From contig CP147780.1 in NCBI GenBank assembly GCA_037310415.1, positions 384,001 to 448,000 on the forward strand: 64,000 nt of DNA. The letters run 5' to 3'. This document shows, piece by piece, positions 1 to 10,357 of this stretch; positions within the stretch are counted from its first letter, which is position 1; each line of letters opens with the position of its first letter. The notes under the pieces were generated by a model. The model searched no databases. It worked only from the letters and a program-made list of their open reading frames with translations, and was not told where the DNA came from. This DNA comes from Candidatus Atabeyarchaeum deiterrae. GTDB taxonomy: Archaea; Asgardarchaeota; Atabeyarchaeia; Atabeyarchaeales; Atabeyarchaeaceae. The translations under genes were made by a program, and so were the position numbers.

Positions 1-31
1 GGAAAACAGAATCAAGAAAAGAAAAATATGA
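1..31 (+). CDS. 3' end of probable RNase P protein Rpp29 (partial)
   Basis: Frame 2 reads ENRIKKRKI-stop, like the Rpp29 C-terminus (RPEDRIKK); canonical position upstream of uS17. Confidence 0.45.
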   Translation, partial: ENRIKKRKI

Positions 32-62
32 TTGACGGAGCGACGTTGAATAGAAGCGCGTA

Positions 63-78
63 CGAAAGTCTTTTATAG
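63..78 (+). promoter_or_regulatory. BRE-TATA promoter upstream of uS17
   Basis: CGAAAG-TCT-TTTATAG. Confidence 0.55.
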
Positions 79-220
79 AAAAGGTCTCATCTTGCCGTTT
101 TCAAGTGACCAAGAAGACCTATTGATTCAGAGTAATTCAGCTCAGGAACAGTTCGCACGCAGAATCCTGGACTCAAATCGGACAACAGCTAATAATGTCA
201 ACAAGGAGTAGGAAGACAAG

Positions 221-547
221 ATGAAGGAAAACATCGGGCTTGATGTCACTCCACCGAAAGCCAAATGTGATGATGAATTGTGTCCTTTCCACGGAACACT
301 CTCAGTTAGAGGAAGAGTGTTTGAAGGAACGGTGGTAAGCGAGAAGATGGCAAATACTGTTGTCATCAGAAGAGAGTACTTGCACTACGTGAAGAAATAC
401 ATGCGGTATGAGAGGAGAGGAAAGCATCTGCATGCTCATAATCCCTCATGTATTGCCGCTGAAGAAGGAGACTTGGTCAAGATCGCTGAGTGCAGACCAT
501 TGAGCAAAACCGTCTCATTTGTAGTTATCGAGAAGAAGTCAAAGTAG
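221..547 (+). CDS. rps17: 30S ribosomal protein uS17
   Basis: CPFHG...[17 protein letters not shown] motifs. Confidence 0.97.
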   Translation: MKENIGLDVTPPKAKCDDELCPFHGTLSVRGRVFEGTVVSEKMANTVVIRREYLHYVKKYMRYERRGKHLHAHNPSCIAAEEGDLVKIAECRPLSKTVSFVVIEKKSK

Positions 548-600
548 GATATTATTCATCTGAAAAGAGAATATCGGTTGCAGGTTAGGAGGTCTGTGTT

Positions 601-1020
601 ATGGCAAAGCGGGTAAAGATAGTTATTGGTAACAAGCCGAAAATCTGCCGAGGATTACCCGTCGGCACCTATATCTCTTGTGCAGACAACAGTGGCGCTA
701 AGGTCCTCAAGATCATTGCAGTCACCGACTACAGAGGTAGGCTGAACAGATTTCCTGCTGCAAGTGTAGGGGACATGGTTGTCACAAGCGTTAAGAAAGG
801 TACTCCCGAGATGAGGAGAAAGATTGTGAGAGCCGTCGTCATTAGACAGAGAAAATCTTACAGAAGACCCGATGGAACTTGGATCATGTTTGAGGATAAC
901 GCAGGCGTGGTCGTCAGTCCTGAAGGAGAGCCTCAGGGAAGTGAGTTACGAGGACCTATAGCAAAGGAAGCAGCAGAGAGATGGTCAAAAGTGGCGACCA
1001 TTGCAAGCATAGTTCTGTAG
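601..1020 (+). CDS. rpl14: 50S ribosomal protein uL14
   Basis: [26 protein letters not shown]. Confidence 0.97.
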   Translation: MAKRVKIVIGNKPKICRGLPVGTYISCADNSGAKVLKIIAVTDYRGRLNRFPAASVGDMVVTSVKKGTPEMRRKIVRAVVIRQRKSYRRPDGTWIMFEDNAGVVVSPEGEPQGSELRGPIAKEAAERWSKVATIASIVL

Positions 1021-1085
1021 CAAGAGTAAGACAGGTACGTGGACTTGACTAGTTCGCTTAACCAACATTAACGGAGGATGTAACT

Positions 1086-1472
1086 GTGTCAGACTCGAAG
1101 AGTCCGAGAAAGCAGAGGAGAGCCATATACAGGGCACCGCTTCACAGAAGAAGAAAAGCTCTCGCAGCTCAACTGTCACCAGAACTCCGAGAGAAATATG
1201 GTGTTAGGAACATACCAGTGCGGAAAGATGATGAAGTTCTGATCAAGGACGGAGCTTTTTCTGGCATTCAAGGCAAGGTGCTTAGTGTTGATTTGAAGAA
1301 GCATACTATTTCCGTCGACGGAGCGGCAGGAGAAAAGACCAGTGGACAATCATATACTGCTCCGATCAGACCCAATCACGTGACTATAGTGAAGTTGAAA
1401 CTAGATGACTGGCGTAACAAGATCCTCAAACGTAAGGGAGCTTCGTTGAAGGAGGAGAAAGAAGTTGGCTAG
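1086..1472 (+). CDS. rpl24: 50S ribosomal protein uL24
   Basis: PRKQR...APLHRR, KOW motif; GTG start. Confidence 0.96.
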   Translation: MSDSKSPRKQRRAIYRAPLHRRRKALAAQLSPELREKYGVRNIPVRKDDEVLIKDGAFSGIQGKVLSVDLKKHTISVDGAAGEKTSGQSYTAPIRPNHVTIVKLKLDDWRNKILKRKGASLKEEKEVG

Positions 1473-2238
1473 GAAAGGACCTAGAAAGCACTTGAAGAGA
1501 CTTGCCGCTCCGAGGGATTGGAGAATATCGAGGCATGAGCATTATTGGGCCGTTCGTCCGCGTTGTGGACCACATCCATTAGAGAAATCAATGCCGCTTC
1601 TCAATATTGTCAGGGAGACATCTACACCGCCTTACGCTGCAAGAGAGGCAAAGCGTGCGCTGTTTGAGGGCAAGGTACTTGTAGATGGAGTGATTAGACG
1701 AGACCACAAGTTGCCAATAGGCTTGATGGATGTCATATCAATTCCTGCAACTGGCAAAGTCTTCAGGGTTCTTCCATTTGAAAGACGAGGACTTGGCCTC
1801 CATCCGATAGACAAGTCAGAGTCAGGATTCAAATTATGTCACCTAATCAACAAGACCATAGTAAAAGGAGGAAACATACAACTCAACCTTCATGATGGAA
1901 GGAACATAATAGTAAAGAAAAATGAAGCTGGTGAAGAGTTCGCAAACATAAGAACCCATGACACCTTGAAAATCGAACTACCAACCCAGAAGATCATGAA
2001 CGTTGTAAAATTCGAGATCGGCACGATTGTCTTGATAAGCGATGGCAAGAACATCGGATTGAGCGGACGCATTGACGAGATTCGCAAACCCAAAGGTACC
2101 AGCTTGGTAACCAATGTCGTAGTGAAAAACGATGAAGGCACTGAGATCGAAGTTCCCCTAAATTATGCTTTCGCCATTGGAAAAGAGCAAGCATTGATTT
2201 CTTACCCCAAATCACAACATAGTGAAGCTGGAGCATAA
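1465..2238 (+). CDS. rps4e: 30S ribosomal protein eS4
   Basis: KHLKRLAAP, GLMDVISI, QLNLHDGRN; TTG start. Confidence 0.96.
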   Translation: MARKGPRKHLKRLAAPRDWRISRHEHYWAVRPRCGPHPLEKSMPLLNIVRETSTPPYAAREAKRALFEGKVLVDGVIRRDHKLPIGLMDVISIPATGKVFRVLPFERRGLGLHPIDKSESGFKLCHLINKTIVKGGNIQLNLHDGRNIIVKKNEAGEEFANIRTHDTLKIELPTQKIMNVVKFEIGTIVLISDGKNIGLSGRIDEIRKPKGTSLVTNVVVKNDEGTEIEVPLNYAFAIGKEQALISYPKSQHSEAGA

Positions 2239-2634
2239 AAAGAAGACACAACTCAGGTAGAGTTCTCTTAAAGAACAAAGTGAGCCAAAAACAGAATAAC
2301 TAGGAGAGCTTCTCAAAACCCAACTTGACTGCAACTTCTCTGAAACAACGACGACACAAGTTTAGTTTGTAGCGCCTGATTATTGCTTGATGAGAACCGC
2401 AACGTGTGCATCGTCTGCTACCTCTTCCGAGTCTAACCTTAACCAAAGAGATACCTCCTGCTCTTCACCTAGTCGATTGACTTTGTTGGAGGAGAAATAA
2501 AGGCAGCCATTCATATTAAAGCTTTATGTGATCTAAACCTTTGCTGCTTACTTAAAACCTGAAAAGGGCGAACTGGATGATTCAAAACAAGTGAACAAGC
2601 TGTAATCAACAAACTCATGGAGGACAGTCGAAGA

Positions 2635-3183
2635 ATGAGTAGCGTCGAAGAGATCGTGAAGAAATGGGAGGCAAACCCCATGTTGAGACCGGTAACGCGC
2701 CATGTTGTAGTCAACTGTTCAGTAGGCAAGTCTGGAGAACCTCTTCAGAAAGCAATGAGGATCCTGGAAACCATAACCGGTCAGAAACCCGCTCAATGCA
2801 AAGCCAAACAGACTGTCAGAGAATTTGCCATTAGAAAGGACGAACCCATTTCCTGCAGAGTCACTTTGAGAGGAAGCCGCGCAATGGAATTCCTGAAAAA
2901 GGCATTGAGTGTAGTGGATTTCAAACTCAGAGAAACAAGTTTCGATGATCAAGGCAACGTATCATTCGGGATAAAGGAACATATACAGATGCCTGGTGTT
3001 AGGTATGACCCAGACATAGGCATAATAGGATTCGACGTTTGTATCAAAGTGGAAAGACCAGGCTATAGAATCGCAAAGAGAAGAAGAATGAGAGCGAATG
3101 TCCCAGTATCGCAGCGCGTTGGGAAAGTCGAGGCCAAGGCTTTCTTGCAGCAAACGCTTGGAGTGAAACTTGTTGAGTCGTAG
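2635..3183 (+). CDS. rpl5: 50S ribosomal protein uL5
   Basis: NPM, VTLRG, SFGIKEHI, YDPDIGI; start chosen by SD GGAGGA. Confidence 0.96.
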   Translation: MSSVEEIVKKWEANPMLRPVTRHVVVNCSVGKSGEPLQKAMRILETITGQKPAQCKAKQTVREFAIRKDEPISCRVTLRGSRAMEFLKKALSVVDFKLRETSFDDQGNVSFGIKEHIQMPGVRYDPDIGIIGFDVCIKVERPGYRIAKRRRMRANVPVSQRVGKVEAKAFLQQTLGVKLVES

Positions 3184-3346
3184 TGACTCTTTACCGACTA
3201 AGCGCACAATGCTAATCTGTGGTTCGTTAGGTTACCAAAACATTTAACTTAATATTCATTTCATTTCAGATGGAATCCAACAATTAACCAAAAACAAGGT
3301 CAATCCATTGCAGTTGGTAATCAATCTAGTCGTTCAGGTGAGATAA

Positions 3347-3739
3347 GTGACAAGGCTTGACTTACTTTCAGATGCGCTGTCCAATATCTGGAACCATGAA
3401 ATAATCGGCCACAGAGAAGTAGTCATTAAACCAGCTTCAAAGCTTATAGGCTCCGTATTGCGAGTCATGCAGAGAACTGGATACATAGGTGAATTCGAGT
3501 TCATTGACGACGCCAAGACGGGCATCTTCAAAGTTCAGCTGTTGGGCAGAATAACCAAATGCCGCGTGGTAAAACCTAGGTTTCCGGTCAAGAAAGACGA
3601 CTATGAGGCTTGGGAGAAGAGGTATCTTCCATCAAGGGAATTCGGGCTACTTATAGTCACAACACCTCAGGGGGTAATGTCCCATCAAGAAGCAAAGACT
3701 AAGGGATTAGGAGGTCGTCTACTCGGGGTGGTGTACTAG
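3347..3739 (+). CDS. rps8: 30S ribosomal protein uS8
   Basis: [26 protein letters not shown]. Confidence 0.97.
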   Translation: MTRLDLLSDALSNIWNHEIIGHREVVIKPASKLIGSVLRVMQRTGYIGEFEFIDDAKTGIFKVQLLGRITKCRVVKPRFPVKKDDYEAWEKRYLPSREFGLLIVTTPQGVMSHQEAKTKGLGGRLLGVVY

Positions 3740-3811
3740 CTATACACAAGTAGATTGATTGTTCCAGCATTCGTTATCCGTAAGAAGGTAGACATTAAGA
3801 AGGGAGACATT

Positions 3812-4375
3812 ATGAGCACTGTGAGTGAAGAGATCAGAGTATCACCGGGAGTCTCAATAGAGGTAGACGGCAAGAAGGTCTTGGTGAAGGGCCCGAAAGG
3901 CGAAGTTCAACGTGACCTCTCACACATTTCCGCGATTGAAGTGAAGAAGTCAGGTGATAAACTGACTATTCGACCGCTCTTAAACAGAAAACACTATAGA
4001 TCTCTTGCAACAACCTTGAAGACAGAGATCAATAACATGATTTTGGGTGTCACCAAAGGTTTCACTTACAAGTTGAAGGTGGCACATTCACACTTTCCAA
4101 TTACCGTCAAAGCCGATAAGGGTAAGCGGCTCGTACTTATTGAAAACTTCATTGGTGAGCGGACTCCTAGGATCGCTTCTATCGAAGGGAACGTTGAGGT
4201 GACAGTAAAAGGAGACGAAGTCCTAGTCTCAGGAGCCGACAAGGAAGAGGTCGGTCAAACTACAGCAAACATAAGAAAGACATGCAAAATAAAGGACAAG
4301 GATCCTAGAGTGTTCCAAGATGGGATATACTTAAGCGAAATGTACTGTGGAGACGAACTGCTAAAGAAGATTTAG
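3812..4375 (+). CDS. rpl6: 50S ribosomal protein uL6
   Basis: HFPI, NFIGER, DPRVFQDGIY. Confidence 0.96.
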   Translation: MSTVSEEIRVSPGVSIEVDGKKVLVKGPKGEVQRDLSHISAIEVKKSGDKLTIRPLLNRKHYRSLATTLKTEINNMILGVTKGFTYKLKVAHSHFPITVKADKGKRLVLIENFIGERTPRIASIEGNVEVTVKGDEVLVSGADKEEVGQTTANIRKTCKIKDKDPRVFQDGIYLSEMYCGDELLKKI

Positions 4376-4395
4376 AAAACTACGAGGCGTCAACG

Positions 4396-5016
4396 ATGGG
4401 CGAAGAGAAGTCGGATCGTAGGGCTATACGGATAAGGAGCAAGCTGAAATCAAAGAAGCCTGAATTTATCAGATACGAAAGCTGGCGTTATGTAAGACTT
4501 GGCAAGTCTTGGAGAAATCAGAGAGGTCTGGACAACAAGGCACGCCTGAAATTGAAAGGATGGGAAGTTAGCCCGAATGTTGGTTACCGAGGACCGCGCA
4601 GAACTCGGGGCTTGCACCCGTCAGGATATCGTGAGGTCATCGTACATAACACGGATAACTTGGAGAAAATCGATCCAAAAACATATGCCATAAGGATCGC
4701 ACATCAGGTTGGCACTAGAAAGAGAATGTTGATCATTGGAAAAGCAGAAGAACTCGGATTGACGATTCTTAATCCGGTTTCTGAGATATTGCCTCCCTCT
4801 GCTGAAGCCGAGACTAAGAAAGAGGAGACAGAAGTTAACAAGAAGAGGACCCTCAAAGAGAAAGAGGAGAAAGTTGAAAAGGCAAAGGAAGAGAAAGAGC
4901 CCGAGAGAGAAGAAGAGAAAAGGATAGAGACGAAGGAAGCGAAACAGAAGAAGCAAAAAGAGAAAAAAGCAGAAAAGAAACCCGCAAAGAGGAAGAAAAC
5001 GACCGCTAGCAAGTGA
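4396..5016 (+). CDS. rpl32e: 50S ribosomal protein eL32 with long K/E-rich C-terminal tail
   Basis: RGLHPSGY, IRIAHQVG, ILNP, then about 75 aa of low-complexity tail. Confidence 0.95.
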   Translation: MGEEKSDRRAIRIRSKLKSKKPEFIRYESWRYVRLGKSWRNQRGLDNKARLKLKGWEVSPNVGYRGPRRTRGLHPSGYREVIVHNTDNLEKIDPKTYAIRIAHQVGTRKRMLIIGKAEELGLTILNPVSEILPPSAEAETKKEETEVNKKRTLKEKEEKVEKAKEEKEPEREEEKRIETKEAKQKKQKEKKAEKKPAKRKKTTASK

Positions 5017-5049
5017 ACATGGAACACGGAGAACAGGGAGGAATAATCG

Positions 5050-5499
5050 TTGAGTTTAAGGGCTCAGAGAAGGCTCGCGTCTGAAATCATGAAAATTGGT
5101 GAGAACAGGGTCTGGATTGATCCAGCAAGAATTGACGACGCAGCCATGGCTATCAGAAGAGAAGATGTCAAGAGACTGATAAACGATGGCGTGATTAGAG
5201 CTTCACCTAAGACCGGGGTGAGTAGGGGTAGAGCTAGGATCCTCCATCTGAAGAAGAAGAAAGGTCTGAGAAGGGGACCAGGAAGTCGCAAAGGATCCAA
5301 GCATTCGACCATTTCAAAGAAGACTACTTGGATGCTGACAGTTCGCCATCTACGCAAGCACTCGAAGCAACTCAGAGACAGAAAAATGATTAACAGGCGA
5401 ACATACCGAATGCTTTATGGGTTGATCAAAGGAGCGTTTTTCAAGAGCATTGCCCAGATCGACAGCTACTTGGATGAACATAAACTGATAAAGAGGTAG
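5050..5499 (+). CDS. rpl19e: 50S ribosomal protein eL19
   Basis: [21 protein letters not shown]. Confidence 0.97.
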   Translation: MSLRAQRRLASEIMKIGENRVWIDPARIDDAAMAIRREDVKRLINDGVIRASPKTGVSRGRARILHLKKKKGLRRGPGSRKGSKHSTISKKTTWMLTVRHLRKHSKQLRDRKMINRRTYRMLYGLIKGAFFKSIAQIDSYLDEHKLIKR

Positions 5500-5507
5500 A
5501 ACAAGAA

Positions 5508-6113
5508 TTGGCGAGAGGCCCAAGGTACAGAGTTCTATTCAGAAGAAGAAGAGAGGGAAAGACGGACTACTATGCCAGAATGAAACTGCTGAGGTCAAGC
5601 AAGCCGAGGCTTATAGTCAGAAAGACACTAAATAACATGATAGTCCAAGTGGCTGACGCCAAGCCTGAGGGTGACCATGTCATTGTATCAGCTTTTTCCC
5701 AAGAGCTGCGTAAGCAGGGGTGGATGGGCGAGTTTGGAAACGTGCCCTCCGCGTATTTGACAGGCTATCTTGCAGGCACAAGAGCAGTCAAGAAGGGTCT
5801 GAAAGAAGCAGTTTTAGATATAGGGCTTAGCGCCCCAAGCAAAGGTTCAAGATTATTTGCTGCATTGAAAGGATTTGTTGATGCAGGAGTAACCGTAAAT
5901 CACGGCGAATCGATACTGCCTTCAAACGAAAGGATAAGAGGAGAACACATAGCCAACTATGCTAAGGCTTTGTCTGACACGAATCCAGAGTACTATCAGA
6001 AGAGGTTCTCGGAGTATCTAAAAAGAGGACTCGAGCCGCAACGGCTACCAAAACATTTTGACGATGTAAAGAAGAAAATCAGTCCACCAGGGGGTAAGCA
6101 AGCTGAGCGGTGA
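5508..6113 (+). CDS. rpl18: 50S ribosomal protein uL18
   Basis: [26 protein letters not shown]. Confidence 0.97.
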   Translation: MARGPRYRVLFRRRREGKTDYYARMKLLRSSKPRLIVRKTLNNMIVQVADAKPEGDHVIVSAFSQELRKQGWMGEFGNVPSAYLTGYLAGTRAVKKGLKEAVLDIGLSAPSKGSRLFAALKGFVDAGVTVNHGESILPSNERIRGEHIANYAKALSDTNPEYYQKRFSEYLKRGLEPQRLPKHFDDVKKKISPPGGKQAER

Positions 6114-6759
6114 TCAGACAGCACAACGAGAAAGAAGAGCTGAGGAAGGATGGATTCCAAGAACAAGGATAGGCAAACTCGTCAAAGAAGGGCACATCAC
6201 GTCAATCGAGGAGATCTTTAAATCGTGCGACATAATCAGAGAAGCAGAGATGGTTGATCTTCTTGTTCCAGATCTTGAGGAAGAAGTCGTAGACATCAAT
6301 CTTGTTCAGAAACAGACAGATGCGGGAGAAAAATCCAAGTTCAAAGCGACTGTAATAGTCGGAAATGGAAACGGTCTGGTAGGGCTAGGGGAAGGAAAAG
6401 CAAAGGAAGTTGGTCCCGCAATAAAGAAAGCAGTTAAGCAGGCCAAATTGAAGATAATCCCGGTTAGAATGGGATGCGGATCCTGGGAATGCAAGTGCGG
6501 GGAGAAACACTCACTACCCTTCAGAATTGGCGGGAAATCTGGAAGTGTGAGAATTACGCTTATTCCAGCTCCCAAAGGAATAGGTCTCGCCATAGCGGAT
6601 ACACCCAAGGTTGTGCTGCGCCTCGCAGGAGTAAAGGACGTATGGTCTCTGACAAAGGGTCACACCCGCTGCACAGTCAACTTTGCAAAAGCCACATTTA
6701 ATGCATTGAGAAAAACCCACAGTATCGTCTCGCCACGCGACTGGGCAGGAGGATTGTAG
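6103..6759 (+). CDS. rps5: 30S ribosomal protein uS5 (probable CTG start)
   Basis: Conserved [11 protein letters not shown] lies upstream of the first ATG (6250) in the same frame; CTG at 6103 follows GGGGT; QKQTDAG and GCGSWEC motifs. Confidence 0.93.
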   Translation: MSGDQTAQRERRAEEGWIPRTRIGKLVKEGHITSIEEIFKSCDIIREAEMVDLLVPDLEEEVVDINLVQKQTDAGEKSKFKATVIVGNGNGLVGLGEGKAKEVGPAIKKAVKQAKLKIIPVRMGCGSWECKCGEKHSLPFRIGGKSGSVRITLIPAPKGIGLAIADTPKVVLRLAGVKDVWSLTKGHTRCTVNFAKATFNALRKTHSIVSPRDWAGGL

Positions 6760-6764
6760 ACGGT

Positions 6765-7244
6765 ATGAGTACTAATAGCAAGTTGTTGGTCATTAGAATC
6801 AGGGGAGATGTTGACGTCAGAGATGAGATAAGGCAGACGCTCAAAATGCTTAGGTTACACAAGGTTAATCATGCTACACTGATAGATAGAAGGCAAAGCT
6901 ATTTGGGCATGCTTCAGAAGGTGAAGGATTATACCACATGGGGGGAGGTTAATGTCGATGCGCTGGAAGGAATTCTGGCAAAGAGAGGAAGAGCTCAGGG
7001 TAATAGACGCATTGATGATGAATATGTCAAGAATAACTCAAAGTTCAAATCAGTGAAACAATTCGCTGAAGCGCTTATCACCTCCAAAGCAACCTTCGAT
7101 GATGTGCACGGGCTGAAACCCGTCTTCAGACTCCATCCGCCAAAGGGTGGCTTTGAGGGAAAGAAAAAGAAACCCTTTAAGGTTAAGGGAGAGCTTGGTT
7201 ACAGAGGAGAGAGCATCAATAATCTGATATCGAAGATGGTCTGA
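6765..7244 (+). CDS. rpl30: 50S ribosomal protein uL30
   Basis: [18 protein letters not shown]. Confidence 0.96.
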   Translation: MSTNSKLLVIRIRGDVDVRDEIRQTLKMLRLHKVNHATLIDRRQSYLGMLQKVKDYTTWGEVNVDALEGILAKRGRAQGNRRIDDEYVKNNSKFKSVKQFAEALITSKATFDDVHGLKPVFRLHPPKGGFEGKKKKPFKVKGELGYRGESINNLISKMV

Positions 7245-7281
7245 AACTAGACTCGAAAGCGTAGGAGACGGTGTCTCTAAA

Positions 7282-7719
7282 ATGCCACCAAGATTTGTGA
7301 GAAAAGTCAGAAAGTTCCGAGGTTCGAGGACCTGCGGCTGGGGAAGAGTAGCCCAGCACAGAGGCTCCGGGCAACGCGGAGGATTCGGCAATGCCGGAGG
7401 TCATAAATATCTGTGGACGCAGTTTGTCGTTGAAGATCCAGACTACTTCGGGAAGAGCGGCTTCAGACCTCACAGAGTTATGCGAAAACCTAAGACGATA
7501 GACTTGGAAGGGATAAGCAGAGTTTTAGGAGAGCTGCCAAAGAAGGGTGAAGCTGCAGACAAAAGAATCAAGATTAACATAGTTGAACTGGGGTACGAAA
7601 AGGTGCTTGGAAGTGGCAAGATTGGCAAACCTGTTGTCGTGGAGGCACTTAGTTTCAGCAAAACTGCCAAAGAGAAAATAGAGTCGGCTGGAGGCAAAGC
7701 AGTAGTAGTAGAGCAGTAG
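7282..7719 (+). CDS. rpl15: 50S ribosomal protein uL15
   Basis: [22 protein letters not shown]. Confidence 0.96.
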   Translation: MPPRFVRKVRKFRGSRTCGWGRVAQHRGSGQRGGFGNAGGHKYLWTQFVVEDPDYFGKSGFRPHRVMRKPKTIDLEGISRVLGELPKKGEAADKRIKINIVELGYEKVLGSGKIGKPVVVEALSFSKTAKEKIESAGGKAVVVEQ

Positions 7720-7766
7720 TCGTTTGCGGGTTCTTGCATGGTTAGACAGAGAACTGAGGATGGTTA

Positions 7767-9224
7767 TTGACAATGGTGCGCTTCATAGACGTATTCGGAG
7801 CCCAGGCTAGAGTAATCCCGACAATAAAATCACCCGACAGGAGAGTCGCGTTCAGAGAGAAACTAGGTTGGACGGTAGTAATACTTCTGCTCTTCTTACT
7901 CATGAGTAACATTCCCATTTTTGGGGTAAACCAGCAGACTGCAATAGACTACTTGTATTGGATGCGGGTAATACTCGCCTCAACCCATGGAACACTCATG
8001 GAACTGGGAATAGGACCCATAGTCACTGCAGGACTGATAATGCAGCTTCTTGCTGGCTCTAAGATAATCAAGATAGATCTATCTGACCCTGATGACAGAT
8101 CCAAGTTCACAGCATCCCAGAAATCACTTGCATTGTGGATGACCGGCATACAAGCGGCAGCTTACATCATAAGCGGAGCATATGGAACCTTATCACTTCT
8201 GAATTCGATCATTGTCTTCCTTCAACTGTTCTTCGCCGGACTCATAGTTGTGTTACTAGATGAAACGGTGCAGAAGGGATGGGGTCTAGGTAGTGGCGTA
8301 AGTTTATTCATTGTTGCAAACGTGTCGCAACAGATCTTGTGGAGAACATTTTCACCGATGCTCGACTCAGGTGATGGATTATTCATCGGAGCGGTGCTAG
8401 CTACGATCCAAGCAGGACTAGGTCAAGGACTCGCCGGATTGGCACGAGTCTTTTTTGTAAGGCCTCTTGCCACGTATGATGCTGGAACAACTTTCGGATT
8501 GATAGTTACTGTAATTGTCTTTGTAGTCGTCGTGTACTTTGAAACGTATAGAGTGAATATTCCTCTGCAATATGCGAAGTTCAGGGGATACCGAGGATCA
8601 TACCCCATAAAGTTGCTATATGTGTCAAACATTCCCGTTATTCTTGTCCAGTCCCTATTTGCAACACTTCTCTTCTGGGTGCAGATAGTCGCGCGTGGGA
8701 ATATTGGTGGAGTGAACCCGTGGTTGGATCTACTTGGCGTGTTCACGTATGATTCTAAGGCCAACGCATATAGGCCAATAGGAGGACTTGTGTATTTCAT
8801 TACGCCTCCCAAAGATCTTTTGACAATATTCAGCAGTACACTTGGTATGATTCAAGCCCTTGTATACGGGCTTTTGATGGTTGGTCTGTGCGCCATGTTT
8901 GCCAAGATCTGGGTTGATCTATCTGGGATTGCACCCAGAGACATAGCTGAACAACTGCATGGCTCGGGCATGCAAATTCCAGGGTTTAGACGCTCACCTG
9001 TGATCATGGAAGAGGTACTTAATCGTTACATTCCCGTAGTTGCGCTTCTTGGCGGAATGATTGTTGGTCTGCTTGCCGTCGTTGCAGATATCTTCGGAGC
9101 TCTTGGAACAGGGATGGGGGTACTCCTACTCGTTGGTATAGTATACCAACTATACCAGACAATTGCTCAGGAACAAATGGCGGATATGCATCCCGCTATG
9201 CGCGGAATGCTTGGCTTGGGATAA
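7767..9224 (+). CDS. secY: Protein translocase subunit SecY/Sec61alpha
   Basis: GTLMELGIGPIVT, GSGVSLFI, IPGFR; multiple TM helices. Confidence 0.97.
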   Translation: MTMVRFIDVFGAQARVIPTIKSPDRRVAFREKLGWTVVILLLFLLMSNIPIFGVNQQTAIDYLYWMRVILASTHGTLMELGIGPIVTAGLIMQLLAGSKIIKIDLSDPDDRSKFTASQKSLALWMTGIQAAAYIISGAYGTLSLLNSIIVFLQLFFAGLIVVLLDETVQKGWGLGSGVSLFIVANVSQQILWRTFSPMLDSGDGLFIGAVLATIQAGLGQGLAGLARVFFVRPLATYDAGTTFGLIVTVIVFVVVVYFETYRVNIPLQYAKFRGYRGSYPIKLLYVSNIPVILVQSLFATLLFWVQIVARGNIGGVNPWLDLLGVFTYDSKANAYRPIGGLVYFITPPKDLLTIFSSTLGMIQALVYGLLMVGLCAMFAKIWVDLSGIAPRDIAEQLHGSGMQIPGFRRSPVIMEEVLNRYIPVVALLGGMIVGLLAVVADIFGALGTGMGVLLLVGIVYQLYQTIAQEQMADMHPAMRGMLGLG

Positions 9225-9287
9225 CGGAAACCCTTTCATACTAGAAAGACGATCTTAACTCAAGAATATGATATAACAGATCAGAGG

Positions 9288-9878
9288 ATGAGAAGGGAAA
9301 TTTTAATGGATCCAGTTGATGTGTTAAGGACGCCACCACTATCGGCAATATTCGTCATCCTAATAACGCTCACCATGTCTCTCGCCACTGCACTCATAAC
9401 AAGGAAAGTCACTGACCAACCGAAACTCCAGAGATATAGAAGAGAAATAGCAGAATGGAGACGAATGATGAACGAAGCCAAGAAAACCGGAAACGAAAAA
9501 CTGGCCCTTGAAGTTCGCAGAAGAAGTAAGATCGTTGAACATATGCAGAAGCAAATGGCCTCACAATCAATAAGACCACTCCTGATATACATTATCCCAT
9601 TCTTCATAGTATTTGCAGTTTTGAACGGCTTCTTTGGTGTGAATACGGTTGCGGCTATTCCTTGGAATCTAGGATTGCTCAAGCCCATACCTCTTCTTGG
9701 GACCTTCATAATGGGTGTCTCATCAGGAATGGGCAATGGTGGGTCAATTTACGGTTTGACTTACTTTGGCTGGTACCTTTTCTGCAGCTTCTCATTTGGA
9801 ATGATGGTAAACAAACTGCTCGGCGTCAATGTAACTGGAACAGGTATAGGTGGACCAACCGGACTGGGCACAAGATAG
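9288..9878 (+). CDS. EMC3/TMCO1 (DUF106, Oxa1 superfamily) membrane protein
   Basis: TM-coiled coil-TM layout, WYLFCSF motif, conserved position after secY. Confidence 0.85.
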   Translation: MRREILMDPVDVLRTPPLSAIFVILITLTMSLATALITRKVTDQPKLQRYRREIAEWRRMMNEAKKTGNEKLALEVRRRSKIVEHMQKQMASQSIRPLLIYIIPFFIVFAVLNGFFGVNTVAAIPWNLGLLKPIPLLGTFIMGVSSGMGNGGSIYGLTYFGWYLFCSFSFGMMVNKLLGVNVTGTGIGGPTGLGTR

Positions 9879-9904
9879 AATACAGTGTGATATGTGAGGA
9901 ATGA

Positions 9905-10219
9905 TTGTTGCCAAGACCTAGTTTGAGAACGCGCAGCGTGAAGCGCAAGAATCTAAGAACACCTGGCTCAAGAAATGTAACGCACTATTATAGGCCTCTC
10001 AGATCAGGCGTAGCTAAATGTAGCGCCTGTGGCGCAAGACTTTCAGGAGTTCCAAAGCTGGGACCTTCAGAAATGAGCAACATCGCTAAGAGTAAGAAAA
10101 GACCCAGCAGACCTCACGGAGGGTTCTTGTGCCCGAGATGCTTGTCATCGAAGGTTAGAGCCAAGGTATTTGAGGAAATGGCTACCCCCGAAAAGGGAAA
10201 ACAAAAGAAACAATCTTAG
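9905..10219 (+). CDS. rpl34e: 50S ribosomal protein eL34
   Basis: RTPG, CSACG, RPHGGFLC. Confidence 0.95.
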   Translation: MLPRPSLRTRSVKRKNLRTPGSRNVTHYYRPLRSGVAKCSACGARLSGVPKLGPSEMSNIAKSKKRPSRPHGGFLCPRCLSSKVRAKVFEEMATPEKGKQKKQS

Positions 10220-10357
10220 AACATCGACCAACACCCATTTTCTTCCAAAGGCGGACATATCATACTAGGTCCATCACGGGTTCCCGCATGTTTTCTAGTA
10301 TTGGTGAGCCTTTCCTCGCCACGAAGATATAGATGGAACAGGGGGGAAGCTATCAAA

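Noticed and set aside
1612-1644. eS4 segment ETSTPPYA looks like a short compensated frameshift
   Set aside because: Length is normal and reconstruction needs several ad hoc indels; cannot be told apart from divergence or read error.
4621-5027. F/S/L-rich minus-strand ORFs (also 15792-16172 and 35620-36040)
   Set aside because: Reverse complements of purine-rich K/E tails, not membrane proteins.
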